NCBI GenBank assembly: GCA_964016885.1
Contig: OZ024763.1
Coordinates: forward strand, 28,582,001-28,646,000
DNA length: 64,000 bases
Direction of reading: 5' to 3'
DNA from: Eledone cirrhosa
Lineage: Eukaryota
Of this stretch, positions 57,205-64,000 are shown one piece after another; the stretch's first letter is position 1; each line of letters opens with the position of its first letter. The notes under the pieces were generated by a model that worked only from the letters and a program-made list of their open reading frames with translations, had not been told where the DNA came from and did no database searches. A program made the position numbers and the translations under genes.

Positions 57205-60200
57205 TGAATATAGACATAGAATATTCGAAAATATTCTGTATGTTTATAATAAACATTTTGAAGACCTAATCGCTATAGAATAGAATACGTCACGTATTAC
57301 AATTAGATTCTCGACAAAAGCAAGGGAAGTAAATCTACGCGTTTCATTCTTATTAGAAATCGTCAGGACTACATATCCAGTGCTTTTGTCGAGAATGACA
57401 CAGCTAGAGACTTATAGAATACTTAGCTGTGTACAGGAACTGGTTTGAAAGAGCGGTTGCCGGTCCGGCAGAAATTAGAAATTGGAATAAATGCTCTGAA
57501 ATAGCGATATATATGTGAATATAGACATAGAATATTCGAAAATATTCTGTATGTTTATAATAAACATTTTGAAGACCTAATCGCTATAGAATAGAATACG
57601 TCACGTATTACAATTAGATTCTCGACAAAAGCAAGGGAAGTAAATCTACGCGTTTCATTCTTATTAGAAATCGTCAGGACTACATATCCAGTGCTTTTGT
57701 CGAGAATGACACAGCTAGAGACTTATAGAATACTTAGCTGTGTACAGGAACTGGTTTGAAAGAGCGGTTGCCGGTCCGGCAGAAATTAGAAATTGGAATA
57801 AATGCTCTGAAATAGCGATATATATGTGAATATAGACATAGAATATTCGAAAATATTCTGTATGTTTATAATAAACATTTTGAAGACCTAATCGCTATAG
57901 AATAGAATACGTCAGAGCATTTATTCCAATTTCTAATTTCTGCCGGACCGGCAACCGCTCTTTCAAACCAGTTCCTGTACACAGCTAAGTATTCTATAAG
58001 TCTCTAGCTGTGTCATTCTCGACAAAAGCACTGGATATGTAGTCCTGACGATTTCTAATAAGAATGAAACGCGTAGATTTACTTCCCTTGCTTTTGTCGA
58101 GAATCTAATTGTAATACGTGACGTATTCTATTCTATAGCGATTAGGTCTTCAAAATGTTTATTATAAACATACAGAATATTTTCGAATATTCTATGTCTA
58201 TATTCACATATATATCGCTATTTCAGAGCATTTATTCCAATTTCTAATTTCTGCCGGACCGGCAACCGCTCTTTCAAACCAGTTCCTGTACACAGCTAAG
58301 TATTCTATAAGTCTCTAGCTGTGTCATTCTCGACAAAAGCACTGGATATGTAGTCCTGACGATTTCTAATAAGAATGAAACGCGTAGATTTACTTCCCTT
58401 GCTTTTGTCGAGAATCTAATTGTAATACGTGACGTATTCTATTCTATAGCGATTAGGTCTTCAAAATGTTTATTATAAACATACAGAATATTTTCGAATA
58501 TTCTATGTCTATATTCACATATATATCGCTATTTCAGAGCATTTATTCCAATTTCTAATTTCTGCCGGACCGGCAACCGCTCTTTCAAACCAGTTCCTGT
58601 ACACAGCTAAGTATTCTATAAGTCTCTAGCTGTGTCATTCTCGACAAAAGCACTGGATATGTAGTCCTGACGATTTCTAATAAGAATGAAACGCGTAGAT
58701 TTACTTCCCTTGCTTTTGTCGAGAATCTAATTGTAATACGTGACGTATTCTATTCTATAGCGATTAGGTCTTCAAAATGTTTATTATAAACATACAGAAT
58801 ATTTTCGAATATTCTATGTCTATATTCACATATATATCGCTATTTCAGAGCATTTATTCCAATTTCTAATTTCTGCCGGACCGGCAACCGCTCTTTCAAA
58901 CCAGTTCCTGTACACAGCTAAGTATTCTATAAGTCTCTAGCTGTGTCATTCTCGACAAAAGCACTGGATATGTAGTCCTGACGATTTCTAATAAGAATGA
59001 AACGCGTAGATTTACTTCCCTTGCTTTTGTCGAGAATCTAATTGTAATACGTGACGTATTCTATTCTATAGCGATTAGGTCTTCAAAATGTTTATTATAA
59101 ACATACAGAATATTTTCGAATATTCTATGTCTATATTCACATATATATCGCTATTTCAGAGCATTTATTCCAATTTCTAATTTCTGCCGGACCGGCAACC
59201 GCTCTTTCAAACCAGTTCCTGTACACAGCTAAGTATTCTATAAGTCTCTAGCTGTGTCATTCTCGACAAAAGCACTGGATATGTAGTCCTGACGATTTCT
59301 AATAAGAATGAAACGCGTAGATTTACTTCCCTTGCTTTTGTCGAGAATCTAATTGTAATACGTGACGTATTCTATTCTATAGCGATTAGGTCTTCAAAAT
59401 GTTTATTATAAACATACAGAATATTTTCGAATATTCTATGTCTATATTCACATATATATCGCTATTTCAGAGCATTTATTCCAATTTCTAATTTCTGCCG
59501 GACCGGCAACCGCTCTTTCAAACCAGTTCCTGTACACAGCTAAGTATTCTATAAGTCTCTAGCTGTGTCATTCTCGACAAAAGCACTGGATATGTAGTCC
59601 TGACGATTTCTAATAAGAATGAAACGCGTAGATTTACTTCCCTTGCTTTTGTCGAGAATCTAATTGTAATACGTGACGTATTCTATTCTATAGCGATTAG
59701 GTCTTCAAAATGTTTATTATAAACATACAGAATATTTTCGAATATTCTATGTCTATATTCACATATATATCGCTATTTCAGAGCATTTATTCCAATTTCT
59801 AATTTCTGCCGGACCGGCAACCGCTCTTTCAAACCAGTTCCTGTACACAGCTAAGTATTCTATAAGTCTCTAGCTGTGTCATTCTCGACAAAAGCACTGG
59901 ATATGTAGTCCTGACGATTTCTAATAAGAATGAAACGCGTAGATTTACTTCCCTTGCTTTTGTCGAGAATCTAATTGTAATACGTGACGTATTCTATTCT
60001 ATAGCGATTAGGTCTTCAAAATGTTTATTATAAACATACAGAATATTTTCGAATATTCTATGTCTATATTCACATATATATCGCTATTTCAGAGCATTTA
60101 TTCCAATTTCTAATTTCTGCCGGACCGGCAACCGCTCTTTCAAACCAGTTCCTGTACACAGCTAAGTATTCTATAAGTCTCTAGCTGTGTCATTCTCGAC

Positions 60201-60420
60201 AAAAGCACTGGATATGTAGTCCTGACGATTTCTAATAAGAATGAAACGCGTAGATTTACTTCCCTTGCTTTTGTCGAGAATCTAATTGTAATACGTGACG
60301 TATTCTATTCTATAGCGATTAGGTCTTCAAAATGTTTATTATAAACATACAGAATATTTTCGAATATTCTATGTCTATATTCACATATATATCGCTATTT
60401 CAGAGCATTTATTCCAATTT
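57205..60420. mobile_element. Retrozyme-like array of 311-bp HHR-bearing monomers (about 2.3 copies on minus, 8 plus ~20 bp on plus)
   Basis: Period 311 (57206, 57517, 57828; 57913, 58224...60401); inversion at 57912-57914; (TA)n on both sides; one HHR per unit. Confidence 0.9.
58039..58082 (+). ncRNA. Minimal type I hammerhead (repeated at 58350, 58661, 58972, 59283, 59594, 59905, 60216; minus strand at 57329 and 57640)
   Basis: gtagtc-CTGACGA-t-ttct(aata)agaa-t-GAAA-cgcg-TA-gatttac; palindromic ACGCGT stem III; predicted cleavage after 58075. Confidence 0.85.
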
Positions 60421-60445
60421 ATATATGTATATATATACATATATG

Positions 60446-60491
<46 letters not shown>

Positions 60492-60841
60492 CACATATAT
60501 ATGTATATATACATATGTGTGTGAGAGAGAGTACGTGTTATTTGTGGGTATTACTGTCCGTGTGTTTGTGATTGTCTCTCCCTTATTATTCAATCTCTTA
60601 CCACTCCTCCAATGTTTATTTCCATACATAAATACGTACACATACATACATACATACATACAACACACACACACATACACACACATACATACATACATAC
60701 AACACACACACACATACACACACACACATACATACATATACACACAGATATTTTCATTTGAATCACTGCATATATCCACACAGATATTACCATCTGTGCG
60801 CGGATAGAAACTGCAAAATGGCGTTATTTTATATATATATA

Positions 60842-61413
60842 TAGAGAGAGAAGAGAGAGTGAGAAAGAGAGAGAGAGTGTGAGAGAGAATAGAGTGTGTG
60901 TTTGAGAGAGAGAGAAATGTGAGTGTGAGAAGGAGGGTGAGGGTGGAAGAGAGAGAGAGAAGAGAGAGTGAGAAAGAGAGAGAGAGTGTGAAAGAGGGGG
61001 TGTGAGAGAGAAGAGAGAGTGTGTTTGAGACAGAGAGAAGTGTGAGAAGGAGAGTGAGGGTGGGAGAGAGAAGAGAGAGAGAGAGATGAGAAGAGAGAGA
61101 AGAGAGTGAGAAAGAGAGAGAGAGTATGTGAGAGAGAAGAGACAGTGTGTGTGAGAGAGAGAGAAATGTGAGTGTGAGAAGGAGAGTGAGGGTGGGAGAG
61201 AGAAGAGAGAGATGAGAAGACAGAGAGAGTGAGAAAGAGAGTGTGTGAAGAGAGTGTGTGAGAGAGAAGAGAGAGTGTGTGTGAGAGAGAGAGAAATGTG
61301 AGTGTGAGAAGGAGAGTGATGGTGAGAGAGAGAGAAGAGAGAAAACAGAAGAGAGACGAGAGAGAAGAGAGAGAGGGAAAAGAGAGAGAGAGCGAAGAGA
61401 GAGAGAAGAGAGA
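60842..61413. repeat. GA-rich low-complexity repeat
   Basis: Direct reading. Confidence 0.85.
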
Positions 61414-61971
61414 GTAGAATGTTTCTGATTGTCTGTTTGTGTGTTTCTCGTTGCCATTCTCGAACTTCCGCTTAATGTCAGCCATTTTCTCGTCTTCTAA
61501 ACTCACATGTGAAGACATGTAGCCTAGTATTTAAGGTGCTGGACTTAGAATCATAGAGTGGCACCTGTCCGCAGGGGCCGTGTGGTGGCCAGCCTGTGGG
61601 CCACCATTTGCTCACAATCGTGAGAGAAGGGAAGGGCAGGAGAGAAGCTACCAGCAGCAGCAGCAGCACCGTCACCACCACCATAACAACAACACAACCA
61701 GCACCACAACCACTACTCCCACCACCACTACCACAACAAGAACACTACCAGTACCACCACAACAACAACAACAACAAAACCACCAACACCACCACCACAC
61801 CACTACCACCACGACGCTACCACCACCACCACCCCCAACACAACACCACAATACTACCACCATCACCACCACCACAACCACCACTACCACCACAACCACC
61901 ACATCACTACTACAACAACAGCTAAACCCACACCACTACCACCACTACTGTTCATCCACCACCACAACACT

Positions 61972-62530
61972 AGAGACAGTGACAGTGGGTTTGGTTCCTT
62001 TGTGTTGGACCTGGTGTGTATGAGAGATAGGGAGAGCTGGAGAGACAGTGACAGTGGGTGTTTGGTTCCTTTGTGTTCGGACCTGGTGTATATGAGAGAT
62101 AGGGAGAGCTGGAGAGACAGTGACAGTGGGAGTTTGGTTCCTTTGTGTTCGGACCTGGTGTGTATGAGAGATGGAGGCAGTGACAGTGGGTGTTTGGTTC
62201 CTTTGTGTTCGGACCTGGTGTATATGAGAGATAGGGAGAGCTGGAGAGACAGTGACAGTGGGAGTTTGGTTCCTTTGTGTTCGGACCTGGTGTGTATGAG
62301 AGATGGAGGCAGTGACAGTGGGTGTTTGGTTCCTTTGTGTTCGGACCTGGTGTATATGAGAGATAGGGAGAGGAGGAGAGGCAGTGACAGTGGGAGTTTG
62401 GTTCCTTTGAGTTCGGACCTGGTGTATATGAGAGATGGAGGCAGTGACAGTGGGAGTTTGGTTCCTTTGTGTTCGGACCTGGTGTGTATGAGAGATGGAG
62501 GCAGTGACAGTGGGAGTTTGGTTCCTTTGT
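61972..62530. repeat. Minisatellite of 72/60-bp units
   Basis: Unit starts 61975, 62044, 62116, 62176, 62248, 62308, 62380, 62440 and 62500. Confidence 0.95.
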
Positions 62531-62582
62531 TTGGTTCATCAAAATTGATGGCCTTGTGCCTATATAAGAAACCATTATAATT

Positions 62583-62770
62583 GTGGTGGATTGGAACTAT
62601 CGGTAGAGGGTAAGACGCCATGCTTTGCACCATAGAATTACGGCTCTTTACGGTCTCAGTTCAAATCCCGCCGAGGTTAACTTTGTCTTTCATCCTTACG
62701 GGGTCGATAAAATAAAGTACCAGTAATGCACTGGGATAATTGCTCAACTTTTGCCAAAAGTAGAAACAAT
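62583..62770 (+). mobile_element. SINE family 1
   Basis: Same head and core. Confidence 0.85.
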
Positions 62771-62796
62771 TCTGATTGTGTACATATTTTATCTAT

Positions 62797-62950
62797 CTAA
62801 GGCCGGTAAAATTCCCGAGATCCATGGACGAGTTCTCTCCAGCGGTCTCTGTACCTCATCATCGCTGCCATGTCCTGCGTCTCCAAAAGACTGGTGTCTG
62901 TCCTTAGGGCATCAACATAGGTCGACCTCGGTCCCCCTCTTCTAGTGTGT
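62797..62950 (-). mobile_element. RTE 3' fragment (family of 32567)
   Basis: Matches the terminal ~150 bp. Confidence 0.85.
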
Positions 62951-63443
62951 AGATGGGAAACGTGAAGATTTTCATTTGAATTTCCGTTATAATTGGTTTC
63001 TCTGATGCGATCTTTCCCATTCTCGGAGAAAACTATATTCCTAGAAGATGGAATCTGTAAAAACAGCTAGAAGATTCTGCCGTTGAATATTTTTGTAGCC
63101 TCTATGTACTCAAAGACTTTCTTTATATATGGTAGGTCCCGAAGGTAACGCCAGAAAATCGTCCACACAGCTTCGTCATCTAATAATCAATGACACAGTT
63201 GAAGATGTCGGAAAGTAGGGGAAGACACGCAGTCCTCTCTGACCATGTATAAATGTGACATTATGGCCGCATTGAAAGCTGCGAAGAAATTAAAGAATAA
63301 GTACGAACTTCACACCCTTGGCATTCTTCTAATATTGAAGTAAATAATATATATATATATATATTATCACTTCCATATACTGTGCCGATTGTGTTGTTAT
63401 TTCTGTTTACCTTTTACATGTATATATATATGTATACATGTAG

Positions 63444-63611
63444 GGGAGCCCCTACATGGACACACTAGAAGAGGAAGACCAAGGTTAACGTATGTTGATG
63501 CCCTAAGGACAGACACTGATCTGTTGGAGACGCAGGACCTGGCAGCGATAATGAGGGACAGAGACCGCTGGAGGGAACTCGTCCATGGATCTCAGGAATT
63601 TTACCCGCCTT

Positions 63612-63613
<2 letters not shown>
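63444..63613 (+). mobile_element. RTE 3' fragment (family of 32567)
   Basis: [12 protein letters not shown]...EFYPP* followed by (AT)n. Confidence 0.88.
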
Positions 63614-63656
<43 letters not shown>

Positions 63657-63659
<3 letters not shown>

Positions 63660-63765
63660 GGTGTTCAAAAAAATATATACAATCTTCGACAGCATGACAA
63701 TAAATAATAAATATTGGCTGTAGTAGAAGTAAACAAAGTGTATATACATTTTTGAGGATACCCTG
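63657..63765. mobile_element. Tc1/mariner-type MITE
   Basis: cagggtgttcaaaaa ... tttttgaggataccctg. Confidence 0.65.
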
Positions 63766-63781
63766 TCTATATGTGTATATG

Positions 63782-63842
<61 letters not shown>

Positions 63843-63850
63843 AAACGTCA

Positions 63851-64000
63851 AGATACTCGACGGCTGAGCTCTTGCCGTTTCAACGAGTGGTTCCAGTCTG
63901 GAACGATGTGTTGAAACAGCAAGAGCTCAGCCGTCGGGTATCGTGAATCTTTATAATATAAACATACTCTACTATCCCAAGTATCAAGTACTCTGTTGAG
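63851..64000 (+). mobile_element. Diverged family A fold-back element
   Basis: Palindrome gatactcgacggctgagctcttgccgtttcaac...gttgaaacagcaagagctcagccgtcgggtatc, then a ctctactatcccaagtatcaagtact tail. Confidence 0.65.

Overview
Eukaryotic, repeat-dominated region with no recognisable host gene. The very dense (TA)n/(CA)n/(CAC)n microsatellites, tRNA-derived SINEs, RTE and CR1-group LINE fragments and Penelope-like element (PLE) remnants suggest an invertebrate, probably a coleoid cephalopod (inference). Almost all listed ORFs are microsatellite artefacts. The real coding remnants are a PLE Cys-linker/GIY-YIG fragment (19529-20038) and RTE/CR1 reverse-transcriptase 3' ends. The main finding is a set of hammerhead-ribozyme (HHR) retroelements. 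(1) A 311-bp retrozyme-like array (57205-60420) has about 2.3 inverted plus 8 direct, apparently identical copies, each with a minimal type I HHR in a highly self-complementary monomer. (2) About ten further dispersed HHR motifs lie in PLE pseudo-LTR fragments, many as fold-back palindromes; in one family the inversion centre repeatedly falls in HHR stem II. (3) A 615-bp hairpin-rich tandem array (36893-44524, at least 12.4 copies, next to a 200-N gap) has no canonical ribozyme and ends in (TA)n. All alignments and pairings were read by eye; no folding or database search was run.
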